Assembly (NCBI GenBank): GCA_035574315.1
Contig: DATLYW010000037.1
Coordinates: 43,853-107,852 of the forward strand
DNA length: 64,000 nt
From: Candidatus Zixiibacteriota bacterium
GTDB taxonomy: Bacteria > Desulfobacterota > Binatia > UBA9968
Direction of reading: 5' to 3'
The position numbers were made by a program, and so were the translations under genes. Position 1 is the stretch's first letter. The number at the start of each line of letters is the position of its first letter. This document shows positions 1-8,787 of the stretch, in pieces. A model generated the notes under the pieces. The model saw only the letters and a program-made list of their open reading frames with translations, was not told where the DNA came from and did no database searches.

Positions 1-159
1 GTTCAGATATTCGCTGACGAAATGGTAGTGCTGCTGGCAGTAAAGAGCGGTCTGCTCGCGGGTGAGCTTGCCCTGCGCCCACAGCTCGAAGAACGGATGG
101 TTCTTGCTGTGCCTGCGGTCGCGCGTCGCGACCAGCTGATCGTGAAAACTAGCCGCCAT
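1..159 (-). CDS. PqqC/TenA/THI-4-like (heme-oxygenase-like fold) protein, N-terminal part only (3' end lies beyond window start)
   Basis: Reverse-complement of 1-159 reads MAASFHDQLVATRDRRHSKNHPFFELWAQGKLTREQTALYCQQHYHFVSEYLN from an ATG at about 157-159, preceded by GGAAGGAG. The HPFF...W..G.LTREQ...Y..Q.Y.FV pattern parallels the second PqqC-like protein at 33475-34227. Confidence 0.5.
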   Translation of the reverse strand, partial: MAASFHDQLVATRDRRHSKNHPFFELWAQGKLTREQTALYCQQHYHFVSEYLN

Positions 160-189
160 GACTCCTTCCCTTCGCTTTTCGTGACCGCG

Positions 190-1929
190 TCATCCCTCGC
201 CCCGTTCGAGCGTTTCCGCGACCGGCTTGAGCCGCATGTCGAGAATGGCAAGCTGCCCGGCGGCGACCGCTCTCAGCCCCCGCTCCACCGCCTTTCGAAC
301 CTCGGCCGGCTCTTCGATCGTCTCTCCATAACCGCCGAAGACGCGCGCCAGCAACGCGTAATCCGGACAGGGCGCGATGTCAAGCCCGGCGAAGCGGTTC
401 GCCCTGACCGCCCACCCCTGCGGGTAATATTTCGGAACCCCGGTTTTCTGGGATAAATAGCCCTGGTTGTTGAACATGATGATGAGGATCGGGAGCTGGT
501 GCTCCTGGGCCGCGCCGAGCGCCCCGGGCACCGGGTCGTAGTTGAACGCCCCGTCGCCGATCAGGCAGACCACGGTCCGTTTGGGGTTTGCCGATTTCAC
601 GCCGAGGGCGGTGGGCAGCCCGGTGCCGAGACCGCCGATGCAGCCTGCGAAAAACGACCCCGGGGCAAGCCCGTCCAGATAGCGGTGTACGGCGAGCCGG
701 TGCGTGATCGTTTCCTCGACGACCATCGCGTCCGGAGGAAGCGCACGGCTGATCTCGTGCGCCACCCAACGCGTGTCCATCGGCTTGGCGGCGCAGAGCG
801 CAGCCGCCTCTTCGCGCCAGCGCCGGCGCCGTGCCTCGTTGCGCTCCTTCCACGCCTCCGCCCGGCGGGCCCGCTCGGGTTCTCCGGGGGAAACGCGTTT
901 CCTCAGGGCCCGGAGCAGCTCCTCGAGCGACCTCTCGATCTCGCCCGTCAGGCAGAGGTCGGCGGCGAACCCGTGATAAGGAAGCTCCGTCCGCAGCGGA
1001 TTCTCGTCGAGCCATGCCACCCGGGCTCCCGGCCGCTCGGGCCGGCGCGACGCCGGATGCCAGGGGGCGATCGTGGCGAGCGCGAGGAACGCGTCCCCTT
1101 CGCGGAGGTATTCGGCGGGCGTATAACCGGCGTGCAGCGCATGCGCACGCGGAAAATTGATGCAGCCCGTGCTGCGGGTCTCGACGACGCCGGCGCCCAG
1201 AAGCTCGGCGATCTCGACCAGGCTTTCGACGGCGTGCGGCGTCCGGCCGGCGTCTTCAGCGATGATGATCGGATTTTCCGCGCGAGCGAGCATCTCGGCC
1301 AGCTCTTCGATCCCTTTCGGATCGGCCACCGGCGCGGGCGCCTCGATCCGATCCGAGGCGACGTCCCGCGTCATCGGCGCGAAAAGGTACTCCATCGGAA
1401 TCGACACGAACACGGGGCCGCGCGGCGCCGCCATGGCGATCCTGCAGGCGCGCTCGATCGTCGCCGGCAGGATCGACCGGGCGTTTACGCCGAAGCTCCA
1501 CTTGACGGTGGGCTCGACCAGGCGCGCCGGACCGCCCACGTCGGCCAGGTGGCCGAGCCATTGACCGCCCACGTCCGGCCCCTCTTCCTCCCCGAAGCCC
1601 ACGGACTCGCCCGTGAAAACGACCATCGGCACCTGTTCGTGCAGCGCGCCGCGCATCGCCATCGTCGCGTGCAGCGCCCCGACCGTGGTGTGGATCATGA
1701 CCGCCGGCAGTTTTCCGGTTGATTTCGCGTATCCGCTGGCCATGCCCACCGCGACCTCCTCGTGCCGCGTGCTGAGATAAAGCGGGATCCGCTCTGCGCC
1801 CGGCTCGGCGAGCGCCTCCCAGACCGGCGACCACTCCGAGCCCGGCGAGGCGAAGATGCGCTCCACGCCCATTCCGCCCAGGACGCGCAACAGCGCCTGT
1901 GCTCCCGTCAGCCCCTTCGTTTCGATCAT
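190..1929 (-). CDS. Thiamine-diphosphate-dependent enzyme (acetolactate synthase / benzoylformate decarboxylase superfamily)
   Basis: 579-aa ORF with an N-terminal TPP-enzyme pyrimidine-binding domain (GxGVERIFAxPG...EQVPMVVFTGE) and a C-terminal ThDP-binding motif (GLGTGLPxAxG...IGDGAFNY...MFNNQGY). Confidence 0.85.
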   Translation of the reverse strand: MIETKGLTGAQALLRVLGGMGVERIFASPGSEWSPVWEALAEPGAERIPLYLSTRHEEVAVGMASGYAKSTGKLPAVMIHTTVGALHATMAMRGALHEQVPMVVFTGESVGFGEEEGPDVGGQWLGHLADVGGPARLVEPTVKWSFGVNARSILPATIERACRIAMAAPRGPVFVSIPMEYLFAPMTRDVASDRIEAPAPVADPKGIEELAEMLARAENPIIIAEDAGRTPHAVESLVEIAELLGAGVVETRSTGCINFPRAHALHAGYTPAEYLREGDAFLALATIAPWHPASRRPERPGARVAWLDENPLRTELPYHGFAADLCLTGEIERSLEELLRALRKRVSPGEPERARRAEAWKERNEARRRRWREEAAALCAAKPMDTRWVAHEISRALPPDAMVVEETITHRLAVHRYLDGLAPGSFFAGCIGGLGTGLPTALGVKSANPKRTVVCLIGDGAFNYDPVPGALGAAQEHQLPILIIMFNNQGYLSQKTGVPKYYPQGWAVRANRFAGLDIAPCPDYALLARVFGGYGETIEEPAEVRKAVERGLRAVAAGQLAILDMRLKPVAETLERGEG

Positions 1930-1991
1930 GCGTTACTCCCTCGCGATCTTCCGGGCGGCCGGGGTTCCCGCCCGCCGGCCCCGACCGCTGC

Positions 1992-3011
1992 TCAGTTCAG
2001 GTTGTAGAAACGCCTGGCGTTGTTCACGAGGATATCCTTCTTCGCGTCCGGGGAAAGATCCTCGCGGCGCCAGACGATCACGGCCGATTCCGGCCAGCTC
2101 ATGTCCCAGTGCGGGTAGTCCGAGGCGTACATGAGCGTCTTCGAACCGATCTCGCGTACGACGTAGCCCATCATCTTTTCCTCGGGCTCGCAGCCGTAAT
2201 AGATGTTTCCGCCCGTGAGGTACTCGCTCGGCTTGCGCTTGCACAACGGCGCTTCGACCTTGCCGCGCTTTTCCCACTCCTCGTCCATGCGCTCCATCCA
2301 GTAAGGAATCCAGCCGCAGCCGATCTCCAGGTAGCCGATTCTCAGGTTCGGAAACTTTTCCGGGATACCGGCGAAAATCATCGCGGTGAGCTGCCGCAGC
2401 ACCGGGAACGGGTGGCCGGTGGTATGGAGGCAGATGAACTGGTCGAAGATCTCGCTTCCCGGCTCGTCGCCCCCGAACGCGTGAATCGCGATGGGCGTGT
2501 TGAGGCGCTGCGCCTCCTCGTACAGAGGATAGAATTCCGGCGAGCCGAGATTCTTGCTGTGCGCCTGCGCCGCCAGCATGCCGCCGCAAAGCCCGAGCTG
2601 AGTGACGGCGCGGTTCAGCTCCCGAGGGCATTCCGCCGGATTGTTGACCGGGAGGTTCGCCACCGCCTTGAGCCGCGGCGACGCCTTGCAGTACTCGGCG
2701 ATGTAGTTGTTGTAGGCCCGGCACAGCGCGGCGTTGAACTTCGGATCGCGGATGCGGCCGATGCCGAGGCCGCTGGTCGGATAGATCACCGCGGTGTCGA
2801 TCTCCTGGCGGTCCATGGCGGCGAGACGTTCCTCCACCTTGGCTCCCGAATGGCCCAGCGTGCCGCCCAGGTTCCGGTCGTAGGTCTCGCGCGGCAGGAA
2901 CGGCGCGGTCTGATTCCGGTAGGGAGCGTCGAGATACGGCCGGATCGCATCGTCGGTATCCCGCGCATGAGCGTCCGAGTCCAGCACTTTGAGAGCATCC
3001 CGTAATTCCAT
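1992..3011 (-). CDS. Amidohydrolase-2 family metal-dependent hydrolase/decarboxylase (ACMSD/LigW-like), paralog 1
   Basis: The track ORF runs 1992-3398, but the likely start is the internal ATG (MELRDALKVLDSDAHA) at 3009-3011, preceded by AAGGAGGAGG. Motifs DxHxH, HxxG and the C-terminal DYPHWD are typical of PF04909. Confidence 0.8.
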   Translation of the reverse strand: MELRDALKVLDSDAHARDTDDAIRPYLDAPYRNQTAPFLPRETYDRNLGGTLGHSGAKVEERLAAMDRQEIDTAVIYPTSGLGIGRIRDPKFNAALCRAYNNYIAEYCKASPRLKAVANLPVNNPAECPRELNRAVTQLGLCGGMLAAQAHSKNLGSPEFYPLYEEAQRLNTPIAIHAFGGDEPGSEIFDQFICLHTTGHPFPVLRQLTAMIFAGIPEKFPNLRIGYLEIGCGWIPYWMERMDEEWEKRGKVEAPLCKRKPSEYLTGGNIYYGCEPEEKMMGYVVREIGSKTLMYASDYPHWDMSWPESAVIVWRREDLSPDAKKDILVNNARRFYNLN

Positions 3012-3046
3012 TTCGTTTCTCCTCCTCCTTAGAGACCGCAGGCCGG

Positions 3047-4213
3047 TCAAGCATGCGCCGCCGCGGTGCCGCCGTTTCCGGACGGGCGCAGGGCGGTTTC
3101 CGGGACCCGCAGGCCGTAGAGGGTCGCTACGTTGCCGCTCAAGAGCCTCACGCGGTCCGCGGCGGGAAGATGGCCGAGGTCGCGGGCGATCACCTCGCGC
3201 GAGCGCGGCCAGGTCGAGTTCTGGTGCGGATAGTCGTTCGACCACATGCAGTTCGCGGTCCCCCACCACGAGAAGAGCCGCCCGCCCACGCGGTCGTTGA
3301 AGAACGTGGCGAAGACCTGGCGCGCGAAGTATTCGCCCGGCTCGCGCGCGATCGGAAGGGTTTCGCGGTGACGGTGGCGCCGATAGGCCTTGTCGCACTG
3401 GCCGAGCCAGAACGGCATCCAGCCGATCTCGTTTTCCACCGACACGACCTTGAGCCTGGGATAGCGCTCGAGCACCCCAGAGAAGATGATGTCGAAGAGC
3501 GCGTCCTCGATCTCGCGGGTCTGGTTGACGCCGATCCGGTAGCGCGCCATTCCGTGGGCGGTCTGCCGGTGCATGCTGTCACCGAATCCCGTCAGGATAT
3601 GGAGGTGCACCGGCATCTCGAGATCCTGCGAGGCGGCCCAGAAGCGCTCGTAGTGCGGCGACGTGAAGGGAAGCTCGGGGTCGGGCGCCTGCCAGATCAT
3701 GCTCCCCACCATGCCGTTCTTCTTGCAGCGCTCCAGCTCCGCGACCGCGTGATCGACATCGTACATGGAGATCAGAGCGATCCCGAAAAGCCGGTCGGGA
3801 GCGCCGGCGCAGAATTCGATCAGCCAGTCGTTGTAGGTCCGGAACAGCGCTTCCTGAAGCGCGGCGTCCTTGATGCAGTAGAGCCCCAGGCCAAGGCTCG
3901 GATAGAGAACTTCCGCCGAAACCCCGTCCTGCTCCATGTCTTTCATTCGCTCGGCCGTATCCCAGCCGCCTGCGCGCGCGACCGCGAAGCCGGCCCGGCG
4001 GAAGTGCTCGATGTTCTCGGCCCTCTGGCCGGCCATGAAAAGACCCCCGACCGCCTGCGCCGGGATCTCGGGAGACCCGAACATCCAGGCGTCCCGCCCC
4101 TCGTCGAAATAGAGCCTGGGCGCGCGGTCGCGGAGCGCCGGCGGCAGCCTTTTTTCCCACAGGTCGGGAACCTCGATCACGTGGGAGTCCGCCGATATGA
4201 TGATCTCCTCCAT
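3047..4213 (-). CDS. Amidohydrolase-2 family protein, paralog 2
   Basis: 388 aa: N-terminal MEEIIISADSHV, HLHIL, and C-terminal WSNDYPH are PF04909-type. The gene is tightly spaced with its neighbours. Confidence 0.8.
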   Translation of the reverse strand: MEEIIISADSHVIEVPDLWEKRLPPALRDRAPRLYFDEGRDAWMFGSPEIPAQAVGGLFMAGQRAENIEHFRRAGFAVARAGGWDTAERMKDMEQDGVSAEVLYPSLGLGLYCIKDAALQEALFRTYNDWLIEFCAGAPDRLFGIALISMYDVDHAVAELERCKKNGMVGSMIWQAPDPELPFTSPHYERFWAASQDLEMPVHLHILTGFGDSMHRQTAHGMARYRIGVNQTREIEDALFDIIFSGVLERYPRLKVVSVENEIGWMPFWLGQCDKAYRRHRHRETLPIAREPGEYFARQVFATFFNDRVGGRLFSWWGTANCMWSNDYPHQNSTWPRSREVIARDLGHLPAADRVRLLSGNVATLYGLRVPETALRPSGNGGTAAAHA

Positions 4214-4223
4214 GGCGCGTCTC

Positions 4224-5213
4224 CTATTTTTTCGCCCACAGCTGATCGAAAAAGCCGCTCTTCTCCATCTCGTTGACGAAGGAGTTGTCGATCATTTCCT
4301 GGGGTCTCACGTTTTTCGCCCGCGCGTCGGTCGCCGTCACCTCGTCGAGGATCGCCTGCAACGCTTCGGGCTTCAGGACCAGCCGGGGCTCGAGCGCCTT
4401 GATCTCGGCGTTGTAGGCCGCGTCGAGGATCGTTCGGTCGGTGAGGCGGAGCTGTTTGCCGAGCACCTTGTAGACGAACTCCCTGTCGGTATGCAGGATC
4501 CTGGCCGACTCGGCCATCGCCCTCATGAAGCGGGCGATCACGTCCCGCTTCCTGGCGATCACCGAGCGCTTCGTGACGAACGCGGTCGCCGCATAGGGGA
4601 TCTTGAGATCGGGGCCGTACACCACGTAACGGTACCCTTCCGCCAGGGCCTTGGCGTCGGAGGGGGCGGTCAGCGTGGCGACCTCGATGCGCTTGCTCAG
4701 AAGCGCCGCCAGGCTCTCCGGGTCGCCGCCGGTCTGGATGAAGCTGAAATCCTTGCCCGGGTCCATGCCGTAGCGCCGCAGCGCCTGAACGGTGAAATAA
4801 TGGGTGTTACTGCCGATCCGGCTCACCCCGATTTGCTTTCCCCGGATGTCCTCGGGGCGCCGGATGTTCCCGCCGGCGAGGATGCTCTGCGTCATGACGT
4901 TTTTCACGCCGCCCACGAACACCAGATCGGTGGCTCCCTGGATGTAGGCGCGGACGTTGCCGATCCCGCCCGTGAGAGTCATTTCGGCGTCACCGCTCAG
5001 GATGGCCGCTGTGACCACGGTCGACGACGCGATGAAAACCAGACGATGATCGATTCCGTACTTGTCGAAGATTCCGGCGGCCTGGGCGATCCACGGCATG
5101 GACTGTGACATCACGCGTGCCGAATGAATGGTGAAGAGCCTGTCTGCCGCGCGCGCGCCCGTCGCCAGCAGGCACCCGAGAAGCAGTCCGCTCAGGATTC
5201 TACGGATTGACAT
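4224..5213 (-). CDS. ABC-transporter substrate-binding protein, NMT1/THI5/SsuA-like, with signal peptide
   Basis: Start reassigned to ATG at 5211-5213 (MSIRRILSGLLLGCLLATGARA), preceded by AGGAGG. It has a secretory signal and an NMT1-type periplasmic binding fold. Confidence 0.7.
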   Translation of the reverse strand: MSIRRILSGLLLGCLLATGARAADRLFTIHSARVMSQSMPWIAQAAGIFDKYGIDHRLVFIASSTVVTAAILSGDAEMTLTGGIGNVRAYIQGATDLVFVGGVKNVMTQSILAGGNIRRPEDIRGKQIGVSRIGSNTHYFTVQALRRYGMDPGKDFSFIQTGGDPESLAALLSKRIEVATLTAPSDAKALAEGYRYVVYGPDLKIPYAATAFVTKRSVIARKRDVIARFMRAMAESARILHTDREFVYKVLGKQLRLTDRTILDAAYNAEIKALEPRLVLKPEALQAILDEVTATDARAKNVRPQEMIDNSFVNEMEKSGFFDQLWAKK

Positions 5214-5583
5214 CGAAGAGGTCCTCCTTAACCTCAAGAGGTCGATATCGCCTCCTATCCAGTGAATTCGTGGCTGCACAGACGCCGTATCATGGCGTCT
5301 GGCGGCCGAGCTATGCCGTTCGCGTCGGTTCAATCGTCGAAATTTCAATCCAGGAACGCGAAACCGGAAAACCGCAAGCCGCCGTCCTCCAGGTCTCGGC
5401 CCATTTCCGCTGGATGTCTGCCTGCCATGAAGCTCCCTGGCACGTCGCGTTCCGTCGAGCCCCCTTCTTCTACTCCTTTACGGAAGCGATTGTCAAAACG
5501 GACGGCGATGGGCTCCCGTAGCTCGCCGGGACCGGAAGCGGGGAACCATGGACTACGGCATCTCCGTCGTGCCTGGGGATCGC

Positions 5584-6612
5584 CTATCTCCAGAAGCGCT
5601 CTCTCCAGCGCGGCACGGCGTCCGGGTTGACGACGGTCTCGGGCACGCGGCCCTCGAGAACCGCGAGAATGCTCTGTGCGGCCATGCGCTGGCCCGCTTC
5701 GAGGGAGCCGGGATTGTTGCCGATGATATGCGGCGTCAGGATCAGGCGGGCCGGGTCGACGCGGCGCAGGGGATTGTCCGGCGGCAACGGCTCTTCCTCG
5801 AAGACGTCGAGGGCGGCTCCGGCGATCAGCCCATCGTTCAAGGCGCGGCAGAGATCCTGCTCGTGAAAGACCTGTCCGCGCGAGGTATTCACGATATAGG
5901 CGCTCGGCTTCATCATGCGGAGCTGCTCCATCCGGAGCATCCCGCGGGTCTCCCGGGTCAATACCACGTGCACCGTGACCACGTCCGATTCCCGCAACAG
6001 CTCCTCCAGCCCCACCTTGCGCACGCCCACCGACGCCATCGTTTCATGGGAGACATAGGGATCGTAGCCGATCAGCTTCATCTCCCAGCCGCCGAGCCGT
6101 CTGGCGACGGCTTTGCCGATGCGACCGAGCCCGATGATTCCGGCCGTCTTTCCGAGCATCAAAGCGCCGCGGTTCTCGGGCTCCTTCCATCCCCCGCCGC
6201 GCAGCCACGCCTCGTTGAGCTTCAACCGCTTGAAGAGCGCCGCGATCAGGCCGACCGTAGCCTCCGCCACTCCGAGGTAATTCTCCGGGGTCGGGCTGTT
6301 GCAGCACAGAATCCCCAGCTCGGTGGCGGCTTCGACGTCGACGGTCTCGATGCCGATGCTCGACTTCACCACCGCCTGGACGCGGGGGCAGGCGGCCAGG
6401 ACGTCTCGGCCGATGAAGTCGCGTCCCGCGGGATAGATCGCGTCGCTGTCGCCAACGAGCGCGATCAGCTCGCGCGTGTCGTAGCGAAAGGAGCGAAAGT
6501 CGTCGGCGGACTTGCCCAGCACCAGCTCGCAACCGGCTGCACGCAGGAGATCCTCAGCCAGCTTCAGGCGGGCTGGCCCCGTTACGCAGACCTTGCGACC
6601 CCGAACGCTCAA
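5584..6612 (-). CDS. D-isomer-specific 2-hydroxyacid dehydrogenase (PGDH/GyaR-like), NAD-binding
   Basis: The GxGxxG Rossmann motif (GIIGLGRIG) and the catalytic region are typical of the family. The likely start is TTG at 6610-6612, overlapping the upstream TGA as TTGA. The track ATG at 6666 would overlap the upstream gene by 57 nt. Confidence 0.75.
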   Translation of the reverse strand: MSVRGRKVCVTGPARLKLAEDLLRAAGCELVLGKSADDFRSFRYDTRELIALVGDSDAIYPAGRDFIGRDVLAACPRVQAVVKSSIGIETVDVEAATELGILCCNSPTPENYLGVAEATVGLIAALFKRLKLNEAWLRGGGWKEPENRGALMLGKTAGIIGLGRIGKAVARRLGGWEMKLIGYDPYVSHETMASVGVRKVGLEELLRESDVVTVHVVLTRETRGMLRMEQLRMMKPSAYIVNTSRGQVFHEQDLCRALNDGLIAGAALDVFEEEPLPPDNPLRRVDPARLILTPHIIGNNPGSLEAGQRMAAQSILAVLEGRVPETVVNPDAVPRWRERFWR

Positions 6613-7643
6613 GCCGCCGCTCCCTCGAGATTGTAGAGCCGTTTCGCGGCCCCGGCGAAGAGCCAACGTTTGGCTTCGTCGTCCAGATCCTCGCGCCGGG
6701 CCAGATGTTGGATGTTCTCGGGAAACTCGGAATCCCAGTGCGGGTAGTCAGACGCATAATAGACCGTCCGGTGGCCGAGGAGACCGGCTGCCGCCCCGAC
6801 GAGCGGCTCGTAGTCCTCGGCATGGAAAAAGATCCGCCCCTCCTTGAAGTACTCGCTCGGCTTGCGGCGGCAGTTCGGCGCCTCCACCCTGCCCCGTTTC
6901 TCCCACTCCTCGTTCATCCGGCCCATCCAGTAGGGGGCCCAGCTGCAACCTGCCTCCATGAAGGCCACCCGCAGCTTTGGGAAACGGTCGAAGACGCCGC
7001 GGAACATGAAGCTCGTGAGCTGCATCATCTGCGCGAAGGAATGCGACAGCGTGTGCACTTCGATGAACTGATCGAACAGGTCGCCGGCGAAGTAATGAGG
7101 GCCGCGAACGGTGGCGTGGATTCCCACCATGCAGTCGAGCCGCTCCGCTTCCTCGTAGATCGGCCAGTAGCTCTCGTGACCGAGGGGGAGGCGCAACCCG
7201 ACCGCGGGCAGCATGACGCCGACGAGCTTGAGCTCCCGGATCGCGCGGCCGAGCTCCTTGACGGCCTCGGGCACGTCCTGGAAGGGAACCAGTGCGACCG
7301 CCTTCAGGCGGGGGCTCACCTTCTGGAACTCTTCCGAGACGAAGTCGTTCCAGGCTCTGGCGTACGCGACCGCGACATCGGGCTCGCGGATCCAGCCGAT
7401 GCTGAGCCCGTTGGTCGGGTAGAGCACCGCCGTCGAAACGCCGCCCCGGTCCATGGCCTCGAGCCAGCTCTTTGCGTCGCGCGCCCGGGTGCCGAGCGTA
7501 CCGGATAGCGAACGGTCCCAGCTGTCCCGCGGCGTGAGCGTGGCCGCGCGCTTGCGGTAACGCTCCTCCATGTAGGGCTTGAGCTGGCTGTCCTCTTCGG
7601 TGATGTGTCCATCGGCGTCGATCACCTCGTAGCGTTCCGCCAT
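6609..7643 (-). CDS. Amidohydrolase-2 family protein, paralog 3
   Basis: Start at ATG 7641-7643 (MAERYEVIDADGHI), preceded by GGAGGA. HATV, EAGCSWAPYW and ASDYPHWD are conserved PF04909 features. Confidence 0.8.
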   Translation of the reverse strand: MAERYEVIDADGHITEEDSQLKPYMEERYRKRAATLTPRDSWDRSLSGTLGTRARDAKSWLEAMDRGGVSTAVLYPTNGLSIGWIREPDVAVAYARAWNDFVSEEFQKVSPRLKAVALVPFQDVPEAVKELGRAIRELKLVGVMLPAVGLRLPLGHESYWPIYEEAERLDCMVGIHATVRGPHYFAGDLFDQFIEVHTLSHSFAQMMQLTSFMFRGVFDRFPKLRVAFMEAGCSWAPYWMGRMNEEWEKRGRVEAPNCRRKPSEYFKEGRIFFHAEDYEPLVGAAAGLLGHRTVYYASDYPHWDSEFPENIQHLARREDLDDEAKRWLFAGAAKRLYNLEGAAA

Positions 7644-7952
7644 GGCGCGCTCCTCCCCGGCGCTTTTTTCTGTGTTTCGTCTACTCTTCAAGGGACCGCG
7701 CTGTCAAGCCGCGCCGCAGGACGTGGCTTGACGGTTGCGGATCCGGGCGGTAGTCTGCGGCCGTCGCCGAACAATAGACGGTATCCTGTTCCCGGCGCTC
7801 TGTCTCGAACCGCGAACCGCCGCGTGGCGGCACGGCACCAACGGTTTGAGCGCCTGAACGATTTGAAGCCTCGATGGCGATCGCGGTTCGAGCGAGCCCG
7901 GCCACGATGCTCATGTACTGGCGAGCTCATTCAGTACCCGGACGGCTCTCGG

Positions 7953-8171
7953 ATGGCTAATCTCTATTACAACGACCGCCTCATCATCGCCCACGCCTCC
8001 CTGCATCCGAGCAGCAAGCTCTGGAGCGCGGGCGCCGAGATCACGTGGAAGGTCTCCGGCTCGCGGCGCTCGCACACCATCGGCGGGCTTGGCGAGCGCT
8101 TCCGGACGGCCGAAGAGGCCGAGAAGTTCGCGATCGATCTGGCCAAGGCGTGGATCGACGCCAATCCGTAG
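7953..8171 (+). CDS. Hypothetical small protein (72 aa)
   Basis: ATG at 7953, MANLYYNDRLIIAHASLHP...AKAWIDANP. It sits alone in a roughly 650-nt gap with low coding density. No recognisable domain. The RBS is weak. Confidence 0.35.
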   Translation: MANLYYNDRLIIAHASLHPSSKLWSAGAEITWKVSGSRRSHTIGGLGERFRTAEEAEKFAIDLAKAWIDANP

Positions 8172-8299
8172 GTCGAGCACGGCGGGAACACGCCGCAGCG
8201 AAACGCGACGGTCGATCCGGCGCTCCCTCCAGGGCGGCACGGCCGGCCTGATGCGTCGGCCCCGCCGCGAAGCGCCCGTGTTTTTTCTCCCGGTCGGCG

Positions 8300-8491
8300 T
8301 CAGTCGGCGGAACAGGAGAAGGGGCTCCCGACGCAACTGACGATCTTACTCCAGTTATCCGCGAGCCTCGCTCCCACGTCCGTGTTCTTGACCCCGAGCC
8401 AAACGACCAGTGTGACGAAAAAAACGATCAAGGTGTATTCGACCAGCCCCTGTCCTTTTTCCGTTTTTCGCACGTCCCGCGCGGGCGCCAT
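8300..8491 (-). CDS. flp: Flp family type IVb pilin
   Basis: 63 aa with GQGLVEYTLIVFFVTLVV, the Flp/Fap motif (G-x-x-x-x-E-Y) followed by a hydrophobic helix. Confidence 0.75.
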   Translation of the reverse strand: MAPARDVRKTEKGQGLVEYTLIVFFVTLVVWLGVKNTDVGARLADNWSKIVSCVGSPFSCSAD

Positions 8492-8787
8492 CGCTCACCG
8501 TCTCCTTCTGCGAAGTTGTTGTCTACACGCCGAAGACCGTCACGGCACGGACCGTGCCGATTCCGATCCGAGGAATGCCCAAGGAGTTCGCTCGTCCATC
8601 GACGTCGACCGAAAGAGGTCCGAGACGTGGACAGTAACGATTTCCTGTTTTCTGTTTTTTGTTGACCTCCCGTCCTTTGAACTATCGAACCGTCCCCTAG
8701 CGGCGCGAATCTCCGCGGCATCGGTCGCTCCGTCTTCGGAGCCGCCGCACTGCCCGCATGACGGATATCGCGCCCTCGCGAACCACC

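Noticed and set aside
3-251. 82-aa minus-strand ORF at the left edge
   Set aside because: It is out of frame with, and superseded by, the better-supported PqqC-like N-terminal fragment (1-159, - strand), which has a proper RBS and family-like sequence.
5221-5583. TGGCAC-containing sequence (about 5405-5425) as a possible sigma54 promoter in the 370-nt gap upstream of the SBP gene
   Set aside because: The spacing to a GC element does not fit GG-N10-GC, the orientation (+ strand) is opposite to the flanking minus-strand genes, and no EBP gene is nearby.
8255-8292. GC-rich segment followed by GTGTTTTTTCT as a possible terminator for the 72-aa ORF
   Set aside because: I could not find a convincing stem of 5 bp or more immediately preceding the T-tract, and it is about 90 nt from the stop. 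Left unannotated.
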